Source: an uncultured delta proteobacterium
GTDB taxonomy: Bacteria; Myxococcota; Myxococcia; Myxococcales; Myxococcaceae
Length of the DNA: 64,000 nt
Direction of reading: 5' to 3'
Assembly: GCA_963713045.1 (NCBI GenBank)
Contig: CAVQKE010000006.1
Span: forward strand, 288,001-352,000
Positions 39,543-50,290 of this stretch are shown in pieces. The position numbers and the translations under genes are program-made. The notes below the pieces were generated by a model. It searched no databases, was not told the DNA's origin, and was given only the letters and a program-made list of their open reading frames with translations. Every line of letters starts with the position of its first letter. Position 1 is the stretch's first letter.

Positions 39543-41507
39543 TCAACTTGGGCGCACGACGAAGGTGCGCGTCAGCTTGTCATGCAGCGTCTGCCCGCGC
39601 CTGTCGAAGAGGGACAGCCAGAAGCCGGCCAGGCACAGCCCGAAGGACACCACCGCCAGCAGGGCCCGCGCCACAGCCCGTCCCGGCCCTGGGGCCAGGC
39701 CGCGCTTGTCCACCAAGCGGATGCCAAACAGGAAGCGCCCGGGGCTGCGCCCGCCCCACAGAAAGCCGTAGACGGAGGAATAGACGACGGCCAGCAGCAC
39801 CCCCAACACCAGCGCGAAGGGCAAGACGCCCTGCACCGCGTGCAGCCGCGCCACCACCCCGTCCAGCCCCGGCAGTTGTGCCCTGTGCCAAGCGGGCGGA
39901 CGCACCAGGAGGAGGGCCAGCCAGAGGAAGAGGTAGAGGACGCCACCGACAATGGCCGTGTCCGACAGCAGCGCCCCCGCGCGCCGCCACAGGGAGGCCG
40001 GGCGCGCCCGCACGTCCCGGACGGCCGGCGCCTGTGGCCGCACGTCCGGCGGCCGGGGCATGGCCAGCACCGGGGCTTCGGCCACAGCGGGGATGGGCGT
40101 CGGCATTGAAGCCGAAGGGGTGGGGCGTCCAGGCGAAGGCGGCAAGCCCTGGGGGCTGGGGCGAGGGCCCGACGCGGCGGCCACGGCGTCCAGCGGAAGT
40201 GCAGTGTTGGCGGCACGCGCTGGCGCCGGCGGTGCAGGGGCCGGGGCGGCGACGGCCGGGGTGCGTGGGACGGCTGTGGAAACGGGCCGGGGCGGCGCGG
40301 AGGGCGTGGCTTCTGGCGGCGGCCACACTTCCACCAGCGCCGCGGGGACGGCCACGGACGGTGGCGACGCGATGGCTGGGCCCGCGCCCGTCGGCACCGG
40401 CACGCGCGGTGACTGCAGCGGGGACGGCAGAAGCCCGCCCGGCGCTGCCATGGGCGAAAGCGGCGCTGCCGCGGGCGCGCCGCTGTGGGGGCTGGCCGGA
40501 GTGGCTGGCGCGGCGACGGGACGTGACGGGCCAGGCGAGGCGGGCCTGGCGACGGCCGGGGGGCCGGGTGCTGGCAGCGGGGCCTCCGGCACCACGCGGG
40601 GGAATTGCGGGTCCGTGCGTTCCCAGGCCGCTGGCATCTGCCCCGGCAGCCGGCTGGGCGCCTCCTCTTCCAAGGGCAAGGGGACCTCCGGCAACAGGGG
40701 CGTGTGACGGACGGCCTCCTCAGGCGGTGGCAGCCCCACCTGCACCTCGCGGGAGCGCCGCCCGTCCCCGGCGAAGCCGCCGGCGGGCGTCACGCTGCGC
40801 GGGGGAGGCGCGCCGGCGGACGGCGAAGCTGGGGACGTGGGGGCAGCGCCAGTCACCAGCGGCCTCTGGGCGACGGGGGCCAGGGTGGGTGCAGGCGAAG
40901 GGGGGGTGCTTGCCACGGGCTGCGCCGCCGGGGGCCGGGCCAACGGCGGGCGGGAAAGGGGCCCAGCGGCAGGGGACGGGGCGAAGGGCACGGGCGTCCG
41001 CAGCGAAGGCGGGAGGCCCGGGGCGGGTGCCGCCGGGCGCGGGGATGCTGGCGCGGGCGTCGCAAAGGGCCAGGTGTCCGTCGTCCGCCCTGGGGGCGCG
41101 GAGGCGGGGGGCGCGGGCGGCGTGACGGAGAGAATGCCTTCCACGGGACTCCGCTGCCGGGGCATGTCCAAAGGAGGCGTGGCCTCCGGCGGCCAAGCGG
41201 TTTGGGGCGGTGCGGGGACGGTGAAGGACCTCTGGACGGTGGCGCCGGGCAGCACCGGCTTGGGCACTGGCGCCGCGACGGGCCGGGTAAAGCCGGCCGG
41301 GGGCGGCGCAGGCAAGGGGGTGGGCGCCTTGGGCATCGGCGGTCCCAATTCAAAGCTGCCCTGGGCACGCGTCGCCGCCCGTCTGTCCAGCGGCAATTCC
41401 CTGGACAACAGTGCCGGCGGACGCGGGGGCGCCTTGGCCGCAGCGGCGCACGTGGGACAGTCGCCAGTCGCGGGAAGCTCGCCCCCGCACTTCAGACACT
41501 TCAACAC
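39543..41507 (-). CDS. RDD-family protein with N-terminal zinc ribbon and long Pro-rich linker
   Basis: CLKC...CPTC; ASLWRRAGALLSD; GRSPGRFLFGIRLV; QTLHDKLTRTFVV. Confidence 0.85.
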   Translation of the reverse strand: MLKCLKCGGELPATGDCPTCAAAAKAPPRPPALLSRELPLDRRAATRAQGSFELGPPMPKAPTPLPAPPPAGFTRPVAAPVPKPVLPGATVQRSFTVPAPPQTAWPPEATPPLDMPRQRSPVEGILSVTPPAPPASAPPGRTTDTWPFATPAPASPRPAAPAPGLPPSLRTPVPFAPSPAAGPLSRPPLARPPAAQPVASTPPSPAPTLAPVAQRPLVTGAAPTSPASPSAGAPPPRSVTPAGGFAGDGRRSREVQVGLPPPEEAVRHTPLLPEVPLPLEEEAPSRLPGQMPAAWERTDPQFPRVVPEAPLPAPGPPAVARPASPGPSRPVAAPATPASPHSGAPAAAPLSPMAAPGGLLPSPLQSPRVPVPTGAGPAIASPPSVAVPAALVEVWPPPEATPSAPPRPVSTAVPRTPAVAAPAPAPPAPARAANTALPLDAVAAASGPRPSPQGLPPSPGRPTPSASMPTPIPAVAEAPVLAMPRPPDVRPQAPAVRDVRARPASLWRRAGALLSDTAIVGGVLYLFLWLALLLVRPPAWHRAQLPGLDGVVARLHAVQGVLPFALVLGVLLAVVYSSVYGFLWGGRSPGRFLFGIRLVDKRGLAPGPGRAVARALLAVVSFGLCLAGFWLSLFDRRGQTLHDKLTRTFVVRPS

Positions 41508-41602
41508 GGCAGGGCATGAAAGGCGGAATGGGGGGCCGACGCAAGAAACTGCAAGGGGGCCGCTTGGCACCGCGGCGTCAACCGCCCAACGCTTGCGCGG
41601 TG

Positions 41603-42333
41603 CTACCCCAGCAGCCCCTCGCTGTGGCGCAGCACCGCCAGGGCGGCCAGCGCTGCCGTCTCGGTGCGCAGCACCAGCGGCCCCAGGGAAACGGCCACTG
41701 CGCCCAGGGCCTGCAGCGCCTCCACCTCGGCGCGCGCCAGCCCTCCCTCCGGCCCGACGACGAGGGCCAGCGGCGCAGCGGCATCTGCTGCGGCGCCGTC
41801 CGTCAGGCGCGTGCCGGTCTCCGCCTCATCCAGCACCAGCACGGCCGTCGTTGGGGGCAGGGCGTTCACCGCCACGCCCAACGGCTGCACCGGGAAGACG
41901 TGCGGCACTTCCGCGCGCCCGCGCACTGCCGGGCCGCCTCCTCGACAATGCGCTGCCAACGCGTGCGGCGGGCTTCGGCCGCGGCTGGGCCCAGCCGCAT
42001 CACGGTGCGTTCCGACAGGGCCGGGTAGAAGGCGTGCGCGCCCAATTCCGTTCCCTTTTGCAGGATGAATTCCAGCTTGTCGGCCTTGGGCAGCGCTTGG
42101 ACGAGAGAGATGGGCCGTTCCACCCTTGCCGTCCGTCCTGGGCCGAGGCGCAGAAGCGCGTGCGTGTCGTCCACCTGCAGCACCTCCGCCGGCCAGGTGC
42201 GGCCTTTTCCGTCGAAGACTTCCAGCATTTCCCCAGGGGAAAGGCGCAGCACGCGCAGGTGGTGGAAGGCGTCGCCGTCCACCCGCAGCGCCTCCCCGCC
42301 ATCCCGCGCGTGCGGAAGCAACAGCCGGTGCAT
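41603..42333 (-). CDS. rsmE: 16S rRNA m3U1498 methyltransferase; frameshift near 41920
   Basis: [20 protein letters not shown], then VGPEGGL and LRTETA in another frame; removing 2 nt gives 242 aa. Confidence 0.92.
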
Positions 42334-42334
42334 G

Positions 42335-43195
42335 TCAGCGGCCCCAGCCGAAGTGAAGGCGCGCCCAGTCGCCTTGGTAGGCCACCCCGGCCGGGCGGAG
42401 GCCCTGGGCGGTAAACGCCGCGGCGACTTCCTCCACCTGCGCCCGAAGGACGCCGGCCAGCACCAACAGCCCCCGTGTGTGGGCGGCCAAGGACGGCGCC
42501 AGCCCGACCAGGGTGTTGGCCAAAATGTTGGCCAGCACCAAGTCGAAGCGTCCCTCCACCTGGGCCAGGGGACACAAGGAAAGCTGGACGCCCTGCACGC
42601 CGTTGGCCGCCGCATTTTCCTGGGCCAGCGACACCGAAATGCTGTCGGTGTCCACGCCCACCACCTGGGCCGCCCCCAGCTTGCGCGCCGCCAGCGCCAG
42701 GACGCCGGTGCCGGTGCCGACGTCCAAGACGGTGGCCCCGGGGTGGGCATCCAGGTAGCTGTCCAGCGCTTGCAGGCACAGCCGGGTGGTGGGGTGGTCC
42801 CCCGTCCCGAAGGCCATCTTCGGTTCGATGTGGAGGGCCACCGCGTCCGCGGGCGCCGTCTCCCACGGCGGGCCGACCCACAGCCGGCCCACCCGGGTGG
42901 ACGCAATGCGCTGGCGCCAGGCGACACTCCAGTCGACGTCCGGACAGGCTTCCAAACAGCAGCGCGCCGCTTGGACGCCCTCCGCCAACAGCGCCTGTGC
43001 CGCTTCGGCCTCGGCCTTTCCGACAAAGCCGGCGATGAGGATGGCTTCACCCGGGGCCGGCCCGCGCACCCCGGGCATGGCCGGGGCCTCCGCGTCGCGC
43101 ACTTCCAGCCCGCTGCAGCCGGCGTCCCACAACAGCGAAGCGGCGAGCTCGGCCTGCATGTCCGGGACGTCCACGGTGAGGGCGAAGTGGGCCAT
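42335..43195 (-). CDS. prmA: Ribosomal protein L11 methyltransferase
   Basis: MAFGTGDHPTT, VLDVGTGTGVL, ANIL; adjacent to rsmE. Confidence 0.94.
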   Translation of the reverse strand: MAHFALTVDVPDMQAELAASLLWDAGCSGLEVRDAEAPAMPGVRGPAPGEAILIAGFVGKAEAEAAQALLAEGVQAARCCLEACPDVDWSVAWRQRIASTRVGRLWVGPPWETAPADAVALHIEPKMAFGTGDHPTTRLCLQALDSYLDAHPGATVLDVGTGTGVLALAARKLGAAQVVGVDTDSISVSLAQENAAANGVQGVQLSLCPLAQVEGRFDLVLANILANTLVGLAPSLAAHTRGLLVLAGVLRAQVEEVAAAFTAQGLRPAGVAYQGDWARLHFGWGR

Positions 43196-43260
43196 GGCAA
43201 CGCATGGGTGCCCCCCCAAGCCAGCGGCCCCGGGGGGCCGTGCGGCTGTGCAAGGGCGGG

Positions 43261-43551
43261 TTAGTCCTCCAAGGGCGCGTACAGCTCGGGCGCCCGGTTT
43301 TCAATAATCCGGAAGAGGCCCCGCTGGACCAATTCGTCAAAGTGGAGGCTTTGCCGGTGGGCGTCCAGCGCCGCAGCGTCGTCATACACTTCATACAGGA
43401 AGAAGCGCCGCGGCTCGGCCAGGCTGCGGTGGGCCTGGTACATGCGGCAGCCGGGCTCGGCCCGCGTGGCGCGGGTCAGCTTTTGGAAAAGCTCCACCGC
43501 CTCGGCTTCGCGGTTGGGCAAAACCAAATACGTCACGGCGAGGCACAGCAT
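43261..43551 (-). CDS. ABM-family putative quinol monooxygenase
   Basis: TRAEPGC..Y, FFLYEVY...ALDAH...HF; SD GAGGAGG. Confidence 0.88.
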   Translation of the reverse strand: MLCLAVTYLVLPNREAEAVELFQKLTRATRAEPGCRMYQAHRSLAEPRRFFLYEVYDDAAALDAHRQSLHFDELVQRGLFRIIENRAPELYAPLED

Positions 43552-43562
43552 GTCCGCCCTCC

Positions 43563-43912
43563 TCACAACAGCCGGGAGACGAAGCGCCGGTTGCGCGCCA
43601 CCAGCCAGTAGCCCACCTCCACGCCCCACACCAGCGGAGGGACGGCCAAGGCCCTGGCGGCAAGGGGATGGCCCAGCTGGCCGAGGATGTAGAGGACGGC
43701 CCGCCCGGCGCGCAGCACCTGGCCTTCGGGGTGACGACGTGCACCGCCTGCGCGCAGGCGGCGCGCAAGGCGGGCCCCACCGGCGGGGACGGCGCGTCTT
43801 GGTAGGGGACAGCGCGGAAGGCGCCGGCCGTGTCCCGCTTTTGCACCCAGGCCACCGCGCGCCGGCAGACGCCGCACTCCCCGTCCCACAACACCAGCGC
43901 CGGTGACGTCAG
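43563..43912 (-). CDS. DUF393/DCC1-like thiol-disulfide oxidoreductase; frameshift near 43728
   Basis: WDGECGVC; C-terminal GYWLVARNR in another frame; adding one base restores 116 aa. Confidence 0.82.
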
Positions 43913-46495
43913 GGGCCCACCTCTGCCAGCGCGGAGTGCTCCAACCGCAGCAGTCGGTCCGCCACCCGCTGGACGTCCGCCGCGGTGACGGCCCGCACGC
44001 TGTCTGCGAAGTGCAGAAAGTTTTGAAGGCCCAGGCCGCAGGCATGGTCCAAGGCCAGCAGCGCAGCGCGGGAGGAATTTCGCTGCAGCCCAATTTCGTG
44101 GCTGCCGATGAGGTGGGCCTGCGCCCGCTCCAACTCCGCCTGGGTAATGGGCGTCTCCACCACCCGGCGCAGCTCGGCCTCAATTCCGGCCAGGGCCGCG
44201 TCACGCTTGTCCGGGCTGGTGCCGATGTAGACGGCGATGTAGCCCGGGTCCACGCCCTCCACCGCCATGCAGGCCACCGAATAGGCCATGCTGCGCTTGT
44301 CCCGCAATTCGACGAAAAGCCGGCCGCCCTGTCCGGACAGCACGGTGGTCAGGACGTTGAGGGGGTGCTTGTCCTCTTCCTTCACCCGCAGCCCTTGAAA
44401 GCCGAGCACCAGGTTGGACTGGGCCTTGGCCAGCGTGCGCTGGGCGTAGCGCCTCGCCTCCGGGGGCGGTTCCACCGGCACCACCAGGGGCTGCGCTGCC
44501 GGCCGCGCTGCCCCAAAGGCCGCCTCGGCCAGGCGCAGCACCTGGTCGGTCCGCACATCTCCAATGACGGCCAGGGTGAGGGCGCCCGGGTGCAGGAAGC
44601 GCGCGTGGTAAGCGCGCGCGCTGTCTGCGTCCAGCCCTTCCACGCTGGCGCGTTCCCCGGACAGGGGAAGCCGGTAGGGGTGGCGCAGGTACAGCGTCCG
44701 GGCGAAGACGTCGAAGGCGAGGGACGTGGGCCGGTCCTCGCGCGCGACAATGTCCTGCAGCTGCAGTTGCTTCTCCCGCGCCACCTCCTCCTCGGCAAAG
44801 GCCGGGGACAACAGGCAGTCCGCGAAAAGGTGGAAGGCCGCCTCCAGGTGGCGGCTTAAAAACTCCCCCTGCAACGACAGGGTGTTGCGGCCCGCCGCCG
44901 CGGACAGCGTCCCGGAATAGGAATCGGCTTCTTGGGCCACCTCCTCGGCGGTGCGGTGCTGGGTGCCCTTGGTGAGGGTCCGGGCCACCAGGTGGCTGAG
45001 GCCGTTGTCGGCGTCCGTCTCCGCGCGCGTCCCGGCGAGGAAGGCGGCCCGCAGGGCAACCAGTGGCACCGCGCGCTCCTCACGCACCAGGAGGGTGGCG
45101 CCACCGGGCAGCGTGTGGACGAGGACGTCGGACACCTCGCCGCCGCCGGTGCGGACCGGCGGCGCCCCTTTGGGAATGGGCGGCCGGGTGGTGGGCGTCG
45201 CACGCGGGGCGTGCCAGCCGGAGAGGAGGGCCTGGTAGGCGGGGCCCTCCTCCAGGTGTCCCCCTGGGGGGAGGAGGGCCGTCACCACCACCGTCGCTTC
45301 GTCCAGGGTGCGCTGGCCGACCGCCTGCAGCGCTGGGGGGGTGAGGGCGGCCACCTTCTCCAGGTAGCGCGCTTCGGCCTCGAAGCCCCCGAGGGACGTT
45401 TCGTAGAAGCCCAGCTTGCGCGCCAGGCCTTGCACCGTCTCCCGCTGGTAGACGGCGTCACTTTCCACCAGGGCCTTCAACGTTTGCAGTTCGCCCGGGC
45501 TGCACGGCGTTTGCGCCAGGCCGGACAGCACTTCGGCCGTGGCCTTCAGTGCCTGCGGCGTGTGGGGGCCGGTGGCCGTGAAGCCCACGCCGAAGAGGCC
45601 TGGGTCCAGCGGGCGTGTAGGCATAGGCGGAGATGTCATTCACCAACCGCCGCTCCCGCTTCACCGCACGCTGCAGCCGGCTGTTGTCGCCCTGCCCGGC
45701 CAGCATGGCCAGGACGTCCAAGGCCGGCACGTCTTCGTGGTCCACTGCCGGTGCGGCGAAGGACAGGTGAAGGTGGGCTTCTTTGACGTCGTCGTCGCGC
45801 AGTCGCCAGCGCCGGCCGGTGCGCGGCGGCTCCACCGGGCGGCTGCGGGGCGTGGCGTGCACGCGTCCCCAGTCCCCGCCGAGAAGGGCCTCCGCCCAAC
45901 GGAGGAGGGGCCCTTCTTCGACGTCTCCCACCGCCACCAGCACCATCGACTCCGGCAGGTAGTGCCGGCGGTAGAAGTCGTGAATTTTCTCCCGGGTGAC
46001 GCTGCGGACGCTTTCCTGGGTGCCCAGCACCGGCAGCCGGTAGGGGTGGACGAGGAAGCTTTCGGCAAACAAGTCCCGCGAGGCGCGCCGGGACGGGGTG
46101 TCCTCAGCGCGCTTAATTTCCTCCACCACCACCTCCACCTCGCGGGCCAATTCCTGGGGGTTGAAGGCCGGGGCGCGCACCGCGTCGGCCAGGACTTCCA
46201 GTCCCACCTGGGCGAAGTCCGACGCCATCACCACGTGGTAGACGGTGTGGTCGAAGGACGTCCATGCGTTGACTTCCCCGCCGTGGGCTTCGATGTCGCG
46301 GGCGACCTCCCCGGGGCCCCGCTTGGCGGTGCCCTTAAACAGCATGTGTTCATGCAGGTGGGCCAGGCCGGCCTCGGCCTCGGCTTCGTCCGCGCTGCCG
46401 ACCTGCACCCAAATTTGAAAGGCCACCACCCTGGCGGTGTGCAGCGCTTCATGGACGATGGTGAGGCCGTTTGTCAGTCGATGGCGGGCGGGCAT
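43909..46495 (-). CDS. Two-lobed M16 zinc peptidase; +1 frameshift near 45612
   Basis: GLAHLHEHMLFKG, NAWTS; second lobe LFVELRDKRSMAY; removing one base gives 861 aa. Confidence 0.9.
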
Positions 46496-46524
46496 GGGCA
46501 GGGGGTAGTCTCTAACAGCAAACA

Positions 46525-48877
46525 ATGGCTAGCTCGCCGGAAGACGCGGGGGCGACAGCGGACCTCCGGTTGCTGGACGATGAACCGCTCGTCCAGCGCC
46601 CGGCAGGGCGTGCGCCGTCGGCGCCGGCCGGGGCCGGCCACGGCCCCCAGCCGGCGGCCTCCGCCCTCCCGGCGGCCCCTCCCCCCTTGCCCCGCGGGCG
46701 GCCCACCGGACGGACCGCCCCGACGGGTGGGCTGCCCACGGTGGGCCCGGCGGCCCTGCACCCAGCCGCCCAGGTGCCGGCGGCGCTGCCGCGCCCGGCC
46801 GGCGACCCCTTTGCCGAGCCGCCGGAGCCCCGCCACTCCCGCGGGCGTGGCGATGGACGAGAAGCTGGAGTTTTTCCGCACCGTCCTGAAGCAGAAGGAG
46901 GAGACGCTGGGGCGCGCCCGCGCCCTGTACGAAACGCGGGACCTCGAATCCGCGCGGCTGCGCGAAGTGGCCCTGGCCCTGTACGCCCAGGCCGAGGAAG
47001 TGCTTCCCGTCTACGGCCGGCTGCGCGAGTTGCCGGCCCAGATGGAAAGCCTGCAGGCTGCCCTGGAAGCGGAAAGGACACGTGCCGCGGGTGTCGAGGC
47101 GCAGGCCGCCCAGCTGGACGCCTCGCTGCGCACCACCGACGCCGACCGGCGGGACTTGGCCCGCGCGCTGGCCGAAGTGGAGGCGGAGTTGCCGGGGCTG
47201 CGGGCGGGCCTCGACGAGGAACGCCAGTCCCGCGGCGCCTTGGCCGAAGAAGTCGTCTCGCTGCGGGAGTCCCTGGCGGAAGCCGAGGCCCGGTTGGCCG
47301 AGGCCCGTTCAGAGCGCCAGGAGATGCAAGGCGACCTCGGGGCGGCCAACGGCCGGGCGCACAGCCTCGAGCAGACGCTGGAGAAAGTGGAGACGGAACA
47401 GAAGTCAGCTCCTCGAGGAGGTGACGACGCTGACCGCCGAGCGCGACGCCGCCTCGGCCGAGCGCGACGTCCTGAAGGGCGAATGCGACGCCTTCAGTAA
47501 CCAGGTGCGCCACCTTTCCACGTCCCTGGACGAGGCGAAGCAGCGTCTGGAAAGCCTTCAGGGCGAGCAGGCCTGGGGAACGTCGTCCCTGGAGGAGGCC
47601 CGCGGGCGCATTCGGGACTTGGAGGCGGACCTGCAAGGGACGCGGCAGCAGCTGGCGGAGTTGGAGACACAGGCCCAGGCGCTGGCCGCGCAAGGCAGCG
47701 AGGACTTGGCGCGGGCGCGGGACAAAGCGCGGGAGACGACGGCTGCGCTGGAGGCGGCCAACCGCCGCAGCAGCGAGGCCGAGGACAGGGCCGAGACGGC
47801 GGCCCAGCAGGCCGAGGCGCTGTCGGCGCAGGTGGAGCAGCTGCGCGCGGTGCAGGGGCGGCAGGAAGCGCACGCCCAAGGACAGCTGCAGGCGGTGCTG
47901 GAGCGCGAGGCCGAGACGAAGCGGACGCTGGAGGCCAAGCTGGCGGAGCGCCACAAGGAAGTCCACGCCGCCCGCTCCAGCGTGGAAGGCTATGGAGAGA
48001 AAGTCCGCGCGCTGCAGGCCCAGGTGCAGTCCGAGGCAGAACGACGCGCCCAGTCCGACGCCCGGCTGGCCGAGGCCCAGCGCGAGTTGGCCGGCATGCG
48101 GGGCTCCTCGGATGAGCAGAGCGGCCTGGTGGAGGCGCATCGGGCGCAAAGCGAGAAGCTGGAGCGGGCACTCGCCCTAGGAGCGCGACAAGCGGCTGGC
48201 GTCGGAGCAAAAGTCCGTCGCCCTCAGCCGAGAGCTTCAGGCGGCGAAGACGGCCGAAGCCGATGCCCGCGCCGCGCTGGAGGCGGGCGGCGACCACGCC
48301 GGCACGCTGGACGAGGCGCTGAAGAAGGAGCAGTCCCGACGGCTGACGGCCGAGGCGGAGGTGCGCAGCCGCACCACCCAGGCCGAACTTGCGCAAAGGG
48401 CCGAGAAGGAGGCGCGCGGCCAGGCCGAGAAGCTGCAGCAGCAGCTGGCCCAAGAAGCGGACAAAGTGCGGGCCTTGCGCGAACAGGCCTCCCGCGCGGC
48501 CGGGGCCAGCGGCACCGCCGACGCCCAGGCGCAGCGGCTTCAGGAGGAAGTGCGAGCGCTTGCGGGCGGAGGCGGCCAGCCTGAAGAAAGTCCGCGAGGA
48601 ATTGCTGACCGCCAACCGAAAAGCCATTGAAGCCCAGGCCGCCTTCCAGAAGGAGAAGCGCGAGCGGGAGGCGCTGCAGGAAAGGGTGTCGGACTTGGAA
48701 ATGGACCTCTCCCGCGCTGCCGGCAAGCCGCAGGGCACGGACGAAGTGAAGAAGCTGCGCGAGGACGTCGCCAAGCTGAAGGCCAAGCTGGTGGCGGCCG
48801 AAAATGCGATGGAGGCGGCGGCCATGCTGCGCTCCAAAGTGGCGCGGCTGGAGGCGCAGCTGAAGGGCAAGCATTAA
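46525..48877 (+). CDS. Long coiled-coil protein with Pro-rich N-terminus; four +1 frameshifts
   Basis: E/A/L/R-rich heptad segments continue across frames at about 46830, 47402, 48178 and 48553; removing 4 nt gives 782 aa. Confidence 0.75.
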
Positions 48878-48906
48878 GAAGGGCCGCTTGGAGGGCTTGG
48901 CCAGAG

Positions 48907-50118
48907 GTGCGCGCGCCGGAGGACGCAGTGGCCGACGGCTTCACCGGCCTGTCCGCCGCCCGGCGTGGGCTGTACGTGCACTTTCCCTGGTGCCTGGCCA
49001 AGTGCCCCTACTGCGACTTCGCGGTGGCGGTCGCCAAGTCCATTCCCGAGGCGCGCTACACCCAAGGGCTGCTGGCCGAGTTGGCGCTGCGGCTACAGGC
49101 GCAGCCCGCCTGGAAAGCGCGTCCCTTGGATTCGCTGTACCTGGGCGGGGGCACGCCGTCCTTGTGGGCGCCGGCCCTGGTGGCGCAGCTGCTTTTAGGC
49201 ATCCGGGCCCAGCTGGCGGTGCGGCCTGAGGCTGAGATGACGCTGGAGGCGAACCCCGAAGTGGCCGACGTCGGCCGGCTGGCCGCTTACCGCGCCGCGG
49301 GCATCAACCGGCTTTCCTTGGGGGTGCAGTCCTTCCAAGAAGGCACCTTAAAAACACTGGGCCGGGCCCACCGTCCCGAGGAAGCGCGCAGGGCGGTGGC
49401 GGCGGCCCGCGCCGCCGGCTTCACCAACGTGTCGCTGGACGTCATTCTGGGGGTGCAGGGCCAGTCGCTGGCCTCCGCGGTGCGGGATGCCGAGGAGGCC
49501 GTGGCGCTTGGCCCCCAGCACGTCTCGGCCTACGTGCTGACCGTCGAGCGGGAGGCCCTGGCGGCGGAGACGGTGTTTTCCAGGGGCGTGCGGACAGGAC
49601 GGCTTCAGCTGCCTGAGGACGACGCGGTGGCCGACATGGTGGAAGCGGTGACGGACGTCTTCGCCGCGGCCGGGCTAGAGCGCTATGAAGTTTCCAACTA
49701 CGCCCTTCCGGGAAGGCACGCGCGCCACAACGCCCTGTATTGGACGGGGGGCGAGTGCCTCGCCCTGGGGGTGGGCGCCACCGGCCTTCTCCACACGGCC
49801 AGCGGCGCCGTCCGGACGGCTTCCCACCGAAGCCCGCGCCGCTGGTTTGAAGCCGTCGAAGCAGCTTCCCTGCCGGAGGCAGAAGGCGAGACGTTGGGGC
49901 AGAAGGAATTCTTCTTGGAAAGGCTGCTGCTGGGCTTGCGCCTGACCTCGGGCTTGGACGTCGAAAAGCTGGCGAAGGCGTTTGGGCAGCCGCCGCGCGG
50001 CCAGCGCCTTCAGGCCCTGGTGGCGCAAGGCCTGGCGGAGTGGACGCCCGCCGGCCGCTTCCGCCTCAGTCGGCGGGGACTGCTGCTGCATTCCAGTGTG
50101 TGCGCGCGCCTTTTGTAG
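48907..50118 (+). CDS. hemW: Radical SAM heme chaperone HemW
   Basis: YVHFPWCLAKCPYCDF, GGGTPS, EANP, RLSLGVQS, HNALYW. Confidence 0.9.
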   Translation: MRAPEDAVADGFTGLSAARRGLYVHFPWCLAKCPYCDFAVAVAKSIPEARYTQGLLAELALRLQAQPAWKARPLDSLYLGGGTPSLWAPALVAQLLLGIRAQLAVRPEAEMTLEANPEVADVGRLAAYRAAGINRLSLGVQSFQEGTLKTLGRAHRPEEARRAVAAARAAGFTNVSLDVILGVQGQSLASAVRDAEEAVALGPQHVSAYVLTVEREALAAETVFSRGVRTGRLQLPEDDAVADMVEAVTDVFAAAGLERYEVSNYALPGRHARHNALYWTGGECLALGVGATGLLHTASGAVRTASHRSPRRWFEAVEAASLPEAEGETLGQKEFFLERLLLGLRLTSGLDVEKLAKAFGQPPRGQRLQALVAQGLAEWTPAGRFRLSRRGLLLHSSVCARLL

Positions 50119-50290
50119 TGCCCAAGAAGGCTGCGGAGGATGGGTCCCCCCCCGGCGGCTTTTCGTTGGACTGCCTCCGGCGGCCCGTGTAACGGGGGCC
50201 AAGGCGCGAGTGTTGTCCCGTCGGCCCGAGCGGCGGCTTCAGCCCCCCGCTGGCCGGCAGCCCCTTCCAAGAAGACAGGGAGACTTGAAA

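Noticed and set aside
37439..41125. 1228-aa ORF on + strand
   Set aside because: Antisense shadow of the frgA-like and RDD genes; low-complexity Arg/Gly/Pro sequence with no motifs.
39990..41400. Repetitive-looking DNA here and at 22330-22830
   Set aside because: Explained by Pro/Ala codons; no fixed-length repeat unit or spacers.
41866..43200. 444-aa ORF suggesting a PrmA-RsmE fusion
   Set aside because: The N-terminal part is an alternate frame over prmA; rsmE has its own ATG at 42333.
46830..48570. Programmed ribosomal frameshifting in the coiled-coil gene
   Set aside because: No slippery heptamers; four shifts in one gene amid other nearby indels favours sequence error.
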